DNA of 63,447 nucleotides, counting the filler, from Candidatus Rokuibacteriota bacterium (GTDB lineage: Bacteria > JAUVQV01 > DATDCY01): NCBI GenBank assembly GCA_031406795.1. It is 5 parts of 5 records of this genome, joined end to end, with 100 filler letters (N's around TTAATTAATTAA, not from the genome) between each part and the next. Parts side by side here need not be neighbours in the genome. Positions count along the whole stretch, not along the records: positions 18,870 to 45,557 come from JANOHV010000227.1; 4 more parts are not named here. One strand, given 5' to 3'. The notes under the pieces were generated by a model, which worked only from the letters and a program-made list of their open reading frames with translations, was not told the origin of the DNA and made no database searches. Within the stretch, counting starts at the first letter, position 1; each line of letters opens with the position of its first letter. The translations under genes and the position numbers were made by a program. This document shows, piece after piece, positions 33,975 through 43,568 of this stretch.

Positions 33975-36900
33975 CGGGGACCCTCGACCCGCCCGCCCCC
34001 GATGAGGGCGCGCGCGAGCGCATCCGGCACGATCTGGAGACGACGCTGCTCGTCGAGGCCGCCGCCGGCACCGGCAAGACCACCTGCCTGGTCGGGCGGA
34101 TGGTCGAGTTGATCGCGACGGGGCGCTGCGATGTCGGCCGGCTCGCGGCGGTCACCTTCACGCGCAAGGCTGCCGCCGAACTGCGGGGGCGCTTCACCGC
34201 GCGGCTCGAACGCGAGGCGCACGCGTCGACCGGCGAGCGGGCCGCGCGGCTCGCCGGGGCGCTCGCGCACGTCGAGCGCTGCTTCATCGGCACGATCCAC
34301 GCGTTCTGCGCCCGGCTGCTGCGCGAGCGGCCCATCGAGGCCGGCGTGGACGCGGCGTTCGAGGAGATCGACGGGGACGCCGACGCGATCCTGCGGGACC
34401 GCGCCTGGGAGCAGTTCGTCGCGGAGCTCTTCGCGTCCGGCGACCCGCGCGTCGTGCGGCTCGCCGACATCGGCATCCACCTCGGGCAGCTCAAGGCCGC
34501 GTTCAGGAGTTTCGCCGCCTATCCCGACGTCGACGAGTGGCCGGCGCCGGAGGTCCGGCTCGGCGATCTCGCGCCGGCGCACCAGGCGCTCGAGCGCTAT
34601 CTGTCGCGCATGCGCGCCGTCGCGCCGTCCTTCCCCGAGGAGCGCGGCACCGACCGGCTGATGACCCGGTACGAGAGCATCGAACGGCTGGCGCGGCACC
34701 GCGACCTCGCCCGCCCGGTCAAGCTGCTGGAGGTGCTCGAGGAGTTCGACCGCCCGCACGGCGCAACGCAGAAGTGCTGGCCCGGCGGGGCCAAGGGCGG
34801 CGTCAAGGCCGAGATCGAGACCTGGGATGTCTTCCGCGACGAGGTCGCGCGGCCGTTCGTCGCGCGCTGGCGCGAGCTGCGCTACGCCGCCGTGATCCCG
34901 CTGCTGCAGGCCGCGGTCGCCGTCTACGACCGCCTGCGCGCCGAGGCGGGCGTGCTCAACTTCCAGGATTTGCTCCTCAGAGCGTCGCGGCTGCTGCGCG
35001 AGCAGCCGCGGGTGCGCGCCTACTTCCGCCGGCGCTTCACGCACCTGTTCGTCGACGAGTTCCAGGACACCGACCCGCTGCAGGCCGAGGTCGTGCTGTT
35101 CCTGACCGCGGCCGATCCCGGGGAGAAGAACTGGCGCGCCTGCCGCCCGGTGCCCGGCTCGCTGTTCGTCGTCGGCGACCCGAAGCAGTCGATCTACCGC
35201 TTCCGGCGCGCCGATATCGTGACCTACCAGACGGTCAAAGGCATCATCCGCGAAGCCGGCGGCGCGGTCGTCGAGCTGGACGCGAGCTTTCGCACCCTCC
35301 CCGAGCTGGTCGCCTGGGGCAACGGCATCTTCGCCTCGCCGGTCTTCCCCGAAACCGAGGACCGCTATGCCCCGGCGGCGCACCCGCTGGCGTTCGGCCG
35401 GTCCGCTGCCGGCTCCGACGCCGGCCTCGCCGGGATCAGCACGATCACGGTCTCCGGGGCGCCCGCGGCCGGCGGGGCCGACGACACCGACGAGAAGCGC
35501 ATCGCCCGCTTCATCCGCCACGCGATCGACGCGGGATTGCCGGTGCCGCGAGCCGCCCGGCGCGGCGCCGGCGCCTCAGCGTCGTCACCAGCGACCCCCG
35601 GTGATTTTCTCATCGTCACCTGGCGCCGCAAGCACCTGGATCTCTACGGCGCCGCCCTGCAGCAGCTGGGGATCCCGCACCAGGTCAGCGGAGGCAGCGC
35701 CTGGGGGCAGGTGAGCGAGCTCGGGCTGCTCGCGGGCTGCCTGCGCGCCATCGTCGAGCCCGAGAACCCCGTCGCGCTCGTCGGCGTCCTGCGCGGCGAA
35801 CTCTTCGGGATCAGCGACGTCGAACTCTACGACTTCACGAGGGCCGGCGGGCATTTTTCGTACAACGCCACGCCGCCGCCCGGGCTCGAGGAGCGGGCGC
35901 GCGGGCTGTACGAGGACGCTTTCGCGCGTCTGCGGCGTTGCGCTCGCTGGTTGCGCACCATGCCCCCCGCGGCCGCCCTCGAGCGGATCGCCGCCGACCT
36001 GGGCCTCGTGTTGCGCGCGTTGGCCGCCCCCGGCGGCGATGGCTGCGCGGGCAGCATCGGCAAGGCCTTCGCCATCCTGCGCGCGCAGTGCGCCGGCGTG
36101 GGCTCGGCCGCCGGGGTCGCCGATCTGCTCGAGCGGCTGATCGAGCAGGAGACGCCCTTCGACGGGCTGCCCGCTCGCGCGCCGGACTCCTCGGTGGTGC
36201 GGGTGATGAACCTGCACAAGGTCAAGGGGCTGGAGGCGCCGGTGGTTTTTCTCGCCGACCCCGGCGGCAAGCCGCGCGGCGGGTCTCTGCTGCACGTGGA
36301 TCGCACCGGCGATCGCATTGTCGGCTATCTCGCCGTGGAGCAGCAGAGCGGCCAGTTTCTGCGCAAGACCCTGGCCCACCCGCACGACTGGGAGGCCTTC
36401 GCCGAGGAGGAGGGGCGCTTCGAGGCGGCCGAGTACACCCGCCTGCTCTACGTCGCGGCCACGCGCGCGGGCAGCCAGCTCGTGGTGACGCGCCGGCCCG
36501 GGAGGGGGAGTCACTACAGCCCCTGGGAGTTCTTCAGGGACTGGCTCGTCGGTGCGCCCGAGTTGCCCGATCCCGGACCGCAGCGGGCGCCCGCGACCGG
36601 CAGCGTGACGGTGAGCCCCGCCGAGATCGCCGCGGCAGAGGCGGCAATCGCGGCGCGCTGGCGGCTGGCGGGTGCCGCAACCTACGAGGTGCGTGGCGCC
36701 AAGGAACTGGCGCTGAGCACCGCGGAGCTGCACCGGCGGCCGGCGGCCGGCGAGCACGGCACCGAGTGGGGGACGGTGATCCACTTCCTGCTCGAGACCG
36801 CGCTGCGCGAGCCTGGCCGCGACCTGTCGGCGCAGGCGCGCGCCGCGCTCGAGGAGCAGGGGCTGCCGGGCTCCCGGGCCGCGGAGGCGCTGGCGGTTGT

Positions 36901-37291
36901 CGCCGCGGTGCGGGCTTCGGAGATCTGGGGGCGGGCCGCGGCGGCCGAGTCCCTGCTCGTCGAGGTCCCCTTCGACATCTGTCTGCATCCCGGCGACCCG
37001 CTGCTGCGGGCGATCCCCACCCTCCCCGGGGCGGGTGGGCCGGGTGCGGACGCCCGCGTGCCGGTGCTCGTCCGCGGCGTAATCGACCTTGCGTTCCGCG
37101 AGACCGACGGGTGGGTCATCGTCGACTGGAAGACCGACGCCGCCCGCACCCCGGCCGAACTGGCCGAACGGGTGCGCCACTACGCCCCGCAGGTCGGACT
37201 CTACGCGGAGATCTGGACCCGGATCACCGGTGAACCGGTCGCCGGGAAAGGGCTGTTCTTCACGGCGGCGAACCGCTACGAGCCGCTCTGA
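33971..37291 (+). CDS. addA: AddA-like UvrD helicase/nuclease
   Basis: AAAGTGKT, TFTRKAAAEL, TIHAFC, VDEFQDT, VGDPKQSIYRFR, YVAATRA, GVIDL..DWKT. Confidence 0.88.
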   Translation: MTGTLDPPAPDEGARERIRHDLETTLLVEAAAGTGKTTCLVGRMVELIATGRCDVGRLAAVTFTRKAAAELRGRFTARLEREAHASTGERAARLAGALAHVERCFIGTIHAFCARLLRERPIEAGVDAAFEEIDGDADAILRDRAWEQFVAELFASGDPRVVRLADIGIHLGQLKAAFRSFAAYPDVDEWPAPEVRLGDLAPAHQALERYLSRMRAVAPSFPEERGTDRLMTRYESIERLARHRDLARPVKLLEVLEEFDRPHGATQKCWPGGAKGGVKAEIETWDVFRDEVARPFVARWRELRYAAVIPLLQAAVAVYDRLRAEAGVLNFQDLLLRASRLLREQPRVRAYFRRRFTHLFVDEFQDTDPLQAEVVLFLTAADPGEKNWRACRPVPGSLFVVGDPKQSIYRFRRADIVTYQTVKGIIREAGGAVVELDASFRTLPELVAWGNGIFASPVFPETEDRYAPAAHPLAFGRSAAGSDAGLAGISTITVSGAPAAGGADDTDEKRIARFIRHAIDAGLPVPRAARRGAGASASSPATPGDFLIVTWRRKHLDLYGAALQQLGIPHQVSGGSAWGQVSELGLLAGCLRAIVEPENPVALVGVLRGELFGISDVELYDFTRAGGHFSYNATPPPGLEERARGLYEDAFARLRRCARWLRTMPPAAALERIAADLGLVLRALAAPGGDGCAGSIGKAFAILRAQCAGVGSAAGVADLLERLIEQETPFDGLPARAPDSSVVRVMNLHKVKGLEAPVVFLADPGGKPRGGSLLHVDRTGDRIVGYLAVEQQSGQFLRKTLAHPHDWEAFAEEEGRFEAAEYTRLLYVAATRAGSQLVVTRRPGRGSHYSPWEFFRDWLVGAPELPDPGPQRAPATGSVTVSPAEIAAAEAAIAARWRLAGAATYEVRGAKELALSTAELHRRPAAGEHGTEWGTVIHFLLETALREPGRDLSAQARAALEEQGLPGSRAAEALAVVAAVRASEIWGRAAAAESLLVEVPFDICLHPGDPLLRAIPTLPGAGGPGADARVPVLVRGVIDLAFRETDGWVIVDWKTDAARTPAELAERVRHYAPQVGLYAEIWTRITGEPVAGKGLFFTAANRYEPL

Positions 37292-37360
37292 CCGGCTCCG
37301 GCGCGTACGTGAATGCTGGTACAATGCGCGACACTGTGTTGTGAGGCTATGACCGGGAGG

Positions 37361-37468
37361 ATGAACGCCATGGACACGCTTACCGCCATCGAGCAGCGAC
37401 GCTCCGTCAAGCACTATGGCCCGGATCACCGCATGACCGACGAAGTGCTGGTCTTCGACCGCTTCTAA
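37361..37468 (+). pseudogene. Nitroreductase remnant (internal in-frame deletion)
   Basis: MNAMDTLTAIEQRRSVKHYGPDHRMTDEVLVFDRF*: nitroreductase-like N-terminus joined to a C-terminus-like tail. Retains a GGAGG RBS and TGGTACAAT -10 box. Confidence 0.65.
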
Positions 37469-37478
37469 TCGCGTGGCC

Positions 37479-39425
37479 ATGGGCGAGATGGGCCGGCTGA
37501 TCGGCGGACGGTACCGGATCGACCGGGAGCTGGACAGCGGCGCGGGCACGCGCTCCCTGCTCGTGACCGACCTGCGCAATGGCCGCCCGTGCGTGTTGCG
37601 GGAACTCTCCGTGGCGGCGGCTTCCCCGGCGGCCGCGCGGCGCTTCGAGACGCAGGCCGCGATCCTCGCCCGGCTCGACCACCCCGGATTGCCGCGCTTC
37701 GTCGACGCGTTCTCGGAGGGCGAAGGGGACGCCGCGGTGCGCGTGGTGGTCACCAGCTATCATCCGGGCGAGAGCCTGGAGCGGCTCGTTGCCAAGGGAC
37801 GGGCGCTGACCGAGTCGCAGGCGCTGACCCTGCTCAGACGCATCGTGCCCGTGTTGGCGTATCTCCACGCGTTCGAACCGCCGCTCGTGCACCGCGCCAT
37901 CGGGGCGGCGGGTATCGTGCTCGGTCCCGACGGCCGGCCCTGCCTCACGGACCTGGACTACGCGGTTGCCGAGGAGGCCGCCCCCTCCGCGGAGCAGGCT
38001 CCCCCCGGCCCCGACGAATTGGCCCTGGCCGCCCCCGAGGTCTTCATGGGGGGGGCCGTCCCGGCATCCGACATCTACGCGCTTGCGCTGGCCGTCTGCC
38101 GCGGCATGACGGCGAAGGATCCGGCGGTGCTGCTGCGCGAGGTCGCGCGGGTGCCGCTGCGGTCCGCCCTGGGGGTGAGCGAGGCCTTCGCCGCCGTAAT
38201 CGGGCGGATGCTCGACACGTCCCTGGAGCGGCGCTACGCGGATGCGCGGACGCTGGAGGCCGATCTGGCGAAGCTCGCCGGCGTGCGGATGACGCCCGAG
38301 CGCCAGCGGGTGCCGCGCGTCGTCGAAGCGCCACGCGCCGCCGAGGCGCCCCGTGCCGCGGAAGCGCCTCGAACCCCGCGCGGCGTTCGTCCGCTGGTGC
38401 TTGCCGGCGTCGCTCTGGTGCTCTTCGCGCTGGCTGCAGTCGTGCTGCGTCAGCGCAGCCGGCAGACACCGCCGGACACGTCCCTGCTCGTCCCCCATAC
38501 GCCGCGGGAACTGGCCGTTGCGCCAACGGCGGTGCCGCCGGCGCCGACGGCACCGGCGAGCGCGCCGCCGCTCGACCAGGTCGCCCCATCGGCATCGTCG
38601 GCGGCCCAGGGCTCTGCCGCGGGGCTACCCGTCCCGGTGCCCGCACCCGGTCCGGAGGCGGCAACCGCGGGAACTGCCGCCGCCGTGCCCGCGGAATCGT
38701 CCCTCCCGCCGCCGCAGCCCGCCGCGACACCGCCAGCAGCGGCACCTGCGCTCGACGCCGGCGCAGTCGTCGCGCACGGGCGGCTGCTGTTCGAGGGCAA
38801 GGCCTTCGTGAACACCACGGCCCCGCCCCCCCAGTTCTGGTTTCGCGATGAAGGGTTGAAAACCCCGGCCAAACCGCAGGTCGAGTACGCGGCCGGGGTT
38901 TTCACGATTCGCGGACTCGCGCCCGGGCGCTACGCGATGAGCGTGCGCATCGATCTTGCTCCCGGCAACCCGAAGACGTTCCCCGGAGATCTCACCGGCT
39001 GGGAGGAGTTCACGGTCGAGGCCGGGCGGCCCACCGAGCTTGAGGTGTCGCTGCGCACCGTGATGCACCTGGTGCAGCCGGTCGACAACGGTGTCGTCAT
39101 CAGCGGCTGGGACATTCCGTGCGGCGCGGGCAACGCGCATCCCGGAAAGGTCGTTTTCTCCTGGGAGCCGCTTGGTTCGGGCGCGCGCTATGACGTGAGC
39201 GTCGACCGGCTCGCCTGCAGCCGCGGCTTTGTCGCCGCGGGCCGGGTCTTCGCCCACTCCACTGCTGAAACCTGGGTCAGGATCGATCTGCCGCCGAACG
39301 AGGCGGCGGAGTGCTATTCGTTCAAGCTCACGGCGAACCGGGACGGGCGGACGGTCGGCATCATGAACACGCACGGCAAGACGGGCATCGGCTGGGACTA
39401 CCGCTTCACGGTCGCAGGCCGCTGA
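37479..39425 (+). CDS. Membrane Hanks-type kinase-like protein, probably a pseudokinase
   Basis: GGRYRIDREL, LDHPGLPRF, LAYLH..PPLVHRAI, APEVF, ASDIYAL; TM helix, Pro/Ala linker, extracytoplasmic beta domains. Confidence 0.8.
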   Translation: MGEMGRLIGGRYRIDRELDSGAGTRSLLVTDLRNGRPCVLRELSVAAASPAAARRFETQAAILARLDHPGLPRFVDAFSEGEGDAAVRVVVTSYHPGESLERLVAKGRALTESQALTLLRRIVPVLAYLHAFEPPLVHRAIGAAGIVLGPDGRPCLTDLDYAVAEEAAPSAEQAPPGPDELALAAPEVFMGGAVPASDIYALALAVCRGMTAKDPAVLLREVARVPLRSALGVSEAFAAVIGRMLDTSLERRYADARTLEADLAKLAGVRMTPERQRVPRVVEAPRAAEAPRAAEAPRTPRGVRPLVLAGVALVLFALAAVVLRQRSRQTPPDTSLLVPHTPRELAVAPTAVPPAPTAPASAPPLDQVAPSASSAAQGSAAGLPVPVPAPGPEAATAGTAAAVPAESSLPPPQPAATPPAAAPALDAGAVVAHGRLLFEGKAFVNTTAPPPQFWFRDEGLKTPAKPQVEYAAGVFTIRGLAPGRYAMSVRIDLAPGNPKTFPGDLTGWEEFTVEAGRPTELEVSLRTVMHLVQPVDNGVVISGWDIPCGAGNAHPGKVVFSWEPLGSGARYDVSVDRLACSRGFVAAGRVFAHSTAETWVRIDLPPNEAAECYSFKLTANRDGRTVGIMNTHGKTGIGWDYRFTVAGR

Positions 39426-39565
39426 AAAGGGCCCATCTGCGGCGGTGGGCACCTTGCCCCCTGCGAGCGCCGCAGCGAGTGGGGGGAGACGCTGCGGCGT
39501 ACTGCTCGTACGCCTCATTCCTCAGGACTCGCCCGCCTTGCACCTGGGCCCTTTTGAGCGGCCTG
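39415..39565 (+). mobile_element. MITE-like element (~151 bp) with terminal inverted repeats
   Basis: caggccgctgaaaagggccca ... tgggcccttttgagcggcctg; internal ggcgtactgctcgtacgcc hairpin. Confidence 0.7.
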
Positions 39566-39591
39566 CTGTGCAGAAGCAGAGGCGCCAGGCG

Positions 39592-40470
39592 TCAGCGGGT
39601 CAGGATTTCGTAGATCTCCTGATAGCGGGCTGAGGCTTTTTGTATGATCTCGTCGGGCAGTACCGGTCCAGGATAGGTCTGGTCCCAGTCGAGCGTCAGC
39701 AGGTAGTCGCGCACGATCTGCTTGTCCCAGCTCTCCTGGCCGCGTCCCGGCTGGTAGCTCTGCGCCGACCAGAACCGCGAGGAGTCCGGCGTCATCAGTT
39801 CGTCGATCAGGATCAGGCGTCCCTCGAAGACCCCAAACTCCATCTTGGTGTCGGCGATGATGATCCCGCGCTCGCCGGCCAGCTCACGGCCGCGGGCGTA
39901 GACGGCGAGGGCGGTGTCGCGCAGGCGGGCGGCCAGGTCGTCGCCGACGATCTTCGCCATCTCCCCGAAGTCGATGTTGATGTCGTGCCCCTCCTCGGCC
40001 TTGGTGCTGGGCGTGAAGATCGGGGCCGCGAGCTGCGAGGACTCGACGAGACCGGCCGGCAGCGCGATGCCGCACACGGTGCCGGATTTGCCGTACTCCT
40101 TCCAGCCGCTGCCCGAGAGATAGCCGCGGACGATGCACTCCACCGGCAGCACGGCCGCCTTTTTCACGAGCATGCTGCGCCCCTCGAGGACCGCGCGGTG
40201 GGCGCGCAGCGGGGCGGGGAAATCGTCGACCTCGGTCGCCACGAGGTGGTTCTCGATGATGTCCGCGACCTGGCGGAACCAGTGGATCGAGATCTGCGTC
40301 AGCACCCGGCCTTTGCCGGGGATGCCGTTGGGCAGCACGACATCGAAGGCCGAGATCCGGTCGGTGGCGACGATCAGGTAATGCTCGCCCGCATCGTAGA
40401 CGTCGCGGACCTTGCCGCGCCGCAGCAGGGTGTAGCCGGGCAGAACTGTCTCGAGGACAATCTCGTTCAT
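39592..40470 (-). CDS. purC: SAICAR synthase
   Basis: RRGKVRDVY, TDRISAFD, ECIVRGYLSGSGW, IADTKMEFG, DELMTPDSSRFW. Confidence 0.97.
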   Translation of the reverse strand: MNEIVLETVLPGYTLLRRGKVRDVYDAGEHYLIVATDRISAFDVVLPNGIPGKGRVLTQISIHWFRQVADIIENHLVATEVDDFPAPLRAHRAVLEGRSMLVKKAAVLPVECIVRGYLSGSGWKEYGKSGTVCGIALPAGLVESSQLAAPIFTPSTKAEEGHDINIDFGEMAKIVGDDLAARLRDTALAVYARGRELAGERGIIIADTKMEFGVFEGRLILIDELMTPDSSRFWSAQSYQPGRGQESWDKQIVRDYLLTLDWDQTYPGPVLPDEIIQKASARYQEIYEILTR

Positions 40471-40508
40471 CGTCGTCCGCTCGTGGCTCTTCAGCGATCG
40501 CGCGGGGA

Positions 40509-40706
40509 TCAGACGGCCTTGGTGCGGACCTTGTCGGTGAGGTCGGTCGCGTAGTCCTTGAGGTCCTCGGCCAGGTCGGCGATCTGCTGGCGCGTGCGCT
40601 TGCCGGACTGGGGCGCGAGCAACAGCGCCAGGCCGGCGCCGACCAGGCCGCCGACGACAAGTGCCACGAGAACGGAGCGGGCGTGGTCATCGTTCGAACA
40701 GAACAT
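40509..40706 (-). CDS. YtxH-domain protein
   Basis: GGLVGAGLALLLAPQSGKRTR; AAGGAGG RBS. Confidence 0.85.
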   Translation of the reverse strand: MFCSNDDHARSVLVALVVGGLVGAGLALLLAPQSGKRTRQQIADLAEDLKDYATDLTDKVRTKAV

Positions 40707-40761
40707 GGGATCCTCCTTGTTGATGGTCATGCTATCACGATATTCCCGATGGCGGCGCAGG

Positions 40762-41352
40762 TCAACCCCGTGGGCGTTTGCGGGCGCCGGCGCCGCGGTG
40801 GATCTGCACGTCGCCGCCGCAATAGGTGTCGAAGGCGATCGCGGCCTCGACGGCGCGCCGGGCGATCGCCTCGGCGCCGAGTTTCGAGTCGTGCAGCGCG
40901 TGCAGCGCGCCGAGGGCGAACGGGGCGCCCGAGCCGATGGCGAAGTAGTGCTTGACCTGCGTCACGCTCATGTCCGGCCCGACGTAGAAGATGCCGGCGC
41001 GGCCGGCGATGATGAAGGTCGAGTCGAGGTTGCCGAAGGGCCCGGCCTCCTTCTCGTCGATCTGGTCGTTCACGAAGGAGTACTTCTTGTGCAGGTCGCT
41101 CCAGAGGCGCAGGAAGAAGTCGAAGATCTGCTCGCGCGAGCCGAGTTTGATATTCTTGCGCCGGGCGATGACGTCGTCGAGGATGTTTTCGTAGACGCCC
41201 CAGCCGGTCGTCGCGAGGAAGGAGGCGCCGACGCGCCTGATCTTCTCGGCGGCGTGCAGGACCGGCGGGACCTTGGTGTGGCCGAAGCTGGTCAGGGTGT
41301 CGGCGGCGAGGATGAGTTCGCCGTTCTTCTCGATGGCAAGGGCGATGGACAT
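40762..41352 (-). CDS. Proteasome-like Ntn hydrolase (BPH/HslV-related)
   Basis: ILAADTLTSFG, EKIRRVG, FAIGSGAPFALGAL, AIAFDTYCGG. Confidence 0.75.
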   Translation of the reverse strand: MSIALAIEKNGELILAADTLTSFGHTKVPPVLHAAEKIRRVGASFLATTGWGVYENILDDVIARRKNIKLGSREQIFDFFLRLWSDLHKKYSFVNDQIDEKEAGPFGNLDSTFIIAGRAGIFYVGPDMSVTQVKHYFAIGSGAPFALGALHALHDSKLGAEAIARRAVEAAIAFDTYCGGDVQIHRGAGARKRPRG

Positions 41353-41395
41353 GGTGCGCGTACCTCTTTCTGCTCGTAGCGGTGTGGTTTCGGTT

Positions 41396-41472
41396 GTAGG
41401 GGAGGGGTTGACATCCCCTCCCAAAACAGCCTTGGCTCTTCATAAGAAGGCGGGGGTCAACCCCGCCCCTAC
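41396..41472. repeat. Inverted REP doublet (REPIN-like)
   Basis: gtaggggaggggttgacatcccctccc ... ggcgggggtcaaccccgcccctac. Confidence 0.75.
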
Positions 41473-41554
41473 GTCTGCCCGTTTGGCGGCCAAACCAACA
41501 CGGGAGCAACAACGTCTCGTGCGATGTGAGTGCCCGTCTTGGAACATTGTCGCT

Positions 41555-43144
41555 TCAGCGGATTTCTATCCCCCGGGAGCGCAGGTGTTCCTTCACCGCG
41601 GCGATCGGCACTTCGCGCCGGTGGAAGATCCCGGCGGCGAGCGCAGCCTCGACGTTTGTCTTCTCGAAGACTTCCGCGAAGTGCTCCGGGGTCCCGGCGC
41701 CGCTGGAGGCGATGACCGGAATCGACACGGCGGCCTTGACGGCGCGAATCAGTTCGAGGTCGAAGCCGGACTTCGTGCCGTCGCGGTCGATGGAGTTGAG
41801 GAGGATCTCGCCGGCGCCGAGCTTCTCGCAGACCGCGGCGAGGGTCACGGCGTCCACCGGGCGCCCTTCGCGGCCCCCCTTGACCGTGCACTGGAACCAG
41901 CAGAAGCGCTCGCCGTTCGGTCCGGGTTTGTCGGTCGGGAAGACCGCGTGCGGGACGCCGTCCGCCGCCGGCACCCAGACGCGCCGCGGGTCGACCGAGA
42001 TCACGACCGCCTGGTTGCCGTAGGCGCGGGCGATCCGCTCGATGGAGGACTCGCCAGTCGCCTTGCCGGTCCGCAGGTACTCCTCGACGGTATGCACGGC
42101 GTCCGATCCGATCGAGATCTTGTCGGCGCCGGAGCGGAAGTATTCGCTGGCGACTTCCAGTGCGCTCCAGCACCGCCCCGCGGGGTCGGTGTAGCCGCGG
42201 ATCCCGCCGCCGATCGTCAGCGGCACGAAGACGTTCTCGGATGTGCGACGCAACACCTCGAGCATCGGCTGGTCGGCCATCGGCTCCTCGCGGAAGCTGG
42301 TGATGTTCAGGAACGTGATCTCGTCCGCGCCTTCCTCGTAGTAGCGGCGCGCGAGGTCGACCGGCTTGCCGAGGTTGCGCACCTCCCCTTCGTGGCGCAC
42401 GTCGTACTGGTCCCCCTTGGTCACTACCAGGTCGCCGGCGTCGTTCGTGCGTACGTCGAGGCAGGCGATGATCCGGCGCGCGAGGCGGGTCTCCCTGGCG
42501 ACGGCGGGGGGCTCGGGAGCGCGGCCGAGGTCGCCAGCGGTGAGAAGGCGCTTGAGGATCGCCAGCCCGGCCGCGCCGCTCTTCTCGGGGTGGAACTGCA
42601 CGGCGGCGACGTTCCCCTTCTGCACGGCGCTGACGAACTCGCCGCCGTAGTTCGTTGTCGTGAGCACCCAGTCGCGGTCGCGCTCGTCGGGCACGCCGCG
42701 GTACGAGTGCACGAAGTAGAGCTTCTCGCCGCCGTAGCCGTCGAAGAGCGCCGAAGGCTTGCGCAGGTTGATGCCGTTCCAGCCCATGTGCGGCACCGCG
42801 AGGGCGCCGGCGGGAAAGCGGCGCACCTGCCCGCGGATGATGCCGAGACCGGTCGCGCCGAGCGACTCCTCACTCCCGTCGAAGAGCACCTGCAGGCCGA
42901 TGCAGATGCCGAAGAAGGGCCGGCCCTCGAGCAGCCGCCGCCGCAGCGGCTCGAAATACCCGTCGGCCTGCAGGCGCCCGACCGCGCTGCCGAAGGCGCC
43001 GACGCCGGGGAAGACGAGCCTCTCGGCGGTGAGGATCTCCTCAGGCGACGCGACGTCGCGGACCTCGAAACCGAGGGCGCGGATCGCGTTGCGCACGCTG
43101 CGCACGTTGCCGGCGCCGTAGTCGAGCAGGGTGACGATGCTCAT
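41555..43144 (-). CDS. hisHF: Fused imidazole glycerol phosphate synthase HisH-HisF (HIS7-type)
   Basis: LLDYGAGNVRS, GICIGLQ, QFHPEKSG, then RIIACLDVRTNDAGDLVVTKGDQYDVR and LLNSIDRDG, all in one ORF. Confidence 0.93.
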   Translation of the reverse strand: MSIVTLLDYGAGNVRSVRNAIRALGFEVRDVASPEEILTAERLVFPGVGAFGSAVGRLQADGYFEPLRRRLLEGRPFFGICIGLQVLFDGSEESLGATGLGIIRGQVRRFPAGALAVPHMGWNGINLRKPSALFDGYGGEKLYFVHSYRGVPDERDRDWVLTTTNYGGEFVSAVQKGNVAAVQFHPEKSGAAGLAILKRLLTAGDLGRAPEPPAVARETRLARRIIACLDVRTNDAGDLVVTKGDQYDVRHEGEVRNLGKPVDLARRYYEEGADEITFLNITSFREEPMADQPMLEVLRRTSENVFVPLTIGGGIRGYTDPAGRCWSALEVASEYFRSGADKISIGSDAVHTVEEYLRTGKATGESSIERIARAYGNQAVVISVDPRRVWVPAADGVPHAVFPTDKPGPNGERFCWFQCTVKGGREGRPVDAVTLAAVCEKLGAGEILLNSIDRDGTKSGFDLELIRAVKAAVSIPVIASSGAGTPEHFAEVFEKTNVEAALAAGIFHRREVPIAAVKEHLRSRGIEIR

Positions 43145-43568
43145 GCTCTTCTCGCGGGTCCTTTCCGTTGTGGTGTTGCCAGTATAGCGGAAATCGTGCC
43201 ATCCTCCCGCGTATGACCGCTCGCGGTGAAACCGACGCCGAGCGCGCCACCCTGGGTTTACACGCACCTCTTGACACGACATCCTCTATCCATCACTATA
43301 AGACTACTAATCTATCATCGGCGCCGAAAGTTGAGTTGCGCAGAGGTGAAGCAACCGCGGATGGAGAGGATCAGCGGATTGGAGGCGGTGTCCAAGCAAA
43401 AGAAAGGAGAGAAGGTCGATTGTTGCAGCACCAGAAATCAGAGGGGCCCGGCGGCCGATCCACTCCGCGCAGCCACCCCGGCATGGCACAGCACGATGCT
43501 GAAACGCTGCGGCAGGTGTCGTTGGCGCAGCGGGCCGTAACCCCAAACACGAATGAAAGGGAACGACC

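Noticed and set aside
30888-37291. Helicase-nuclease pair next to vapBC as a novel defence system
   Set aside because: The architecture matches housekeeping AddAB, with host-like composition.
43226-43540. ORFs in the hisHF-43569 intergenic region
   Set aside because: No motifs or coding-like codon bias; probably promoter or decayed DNA.
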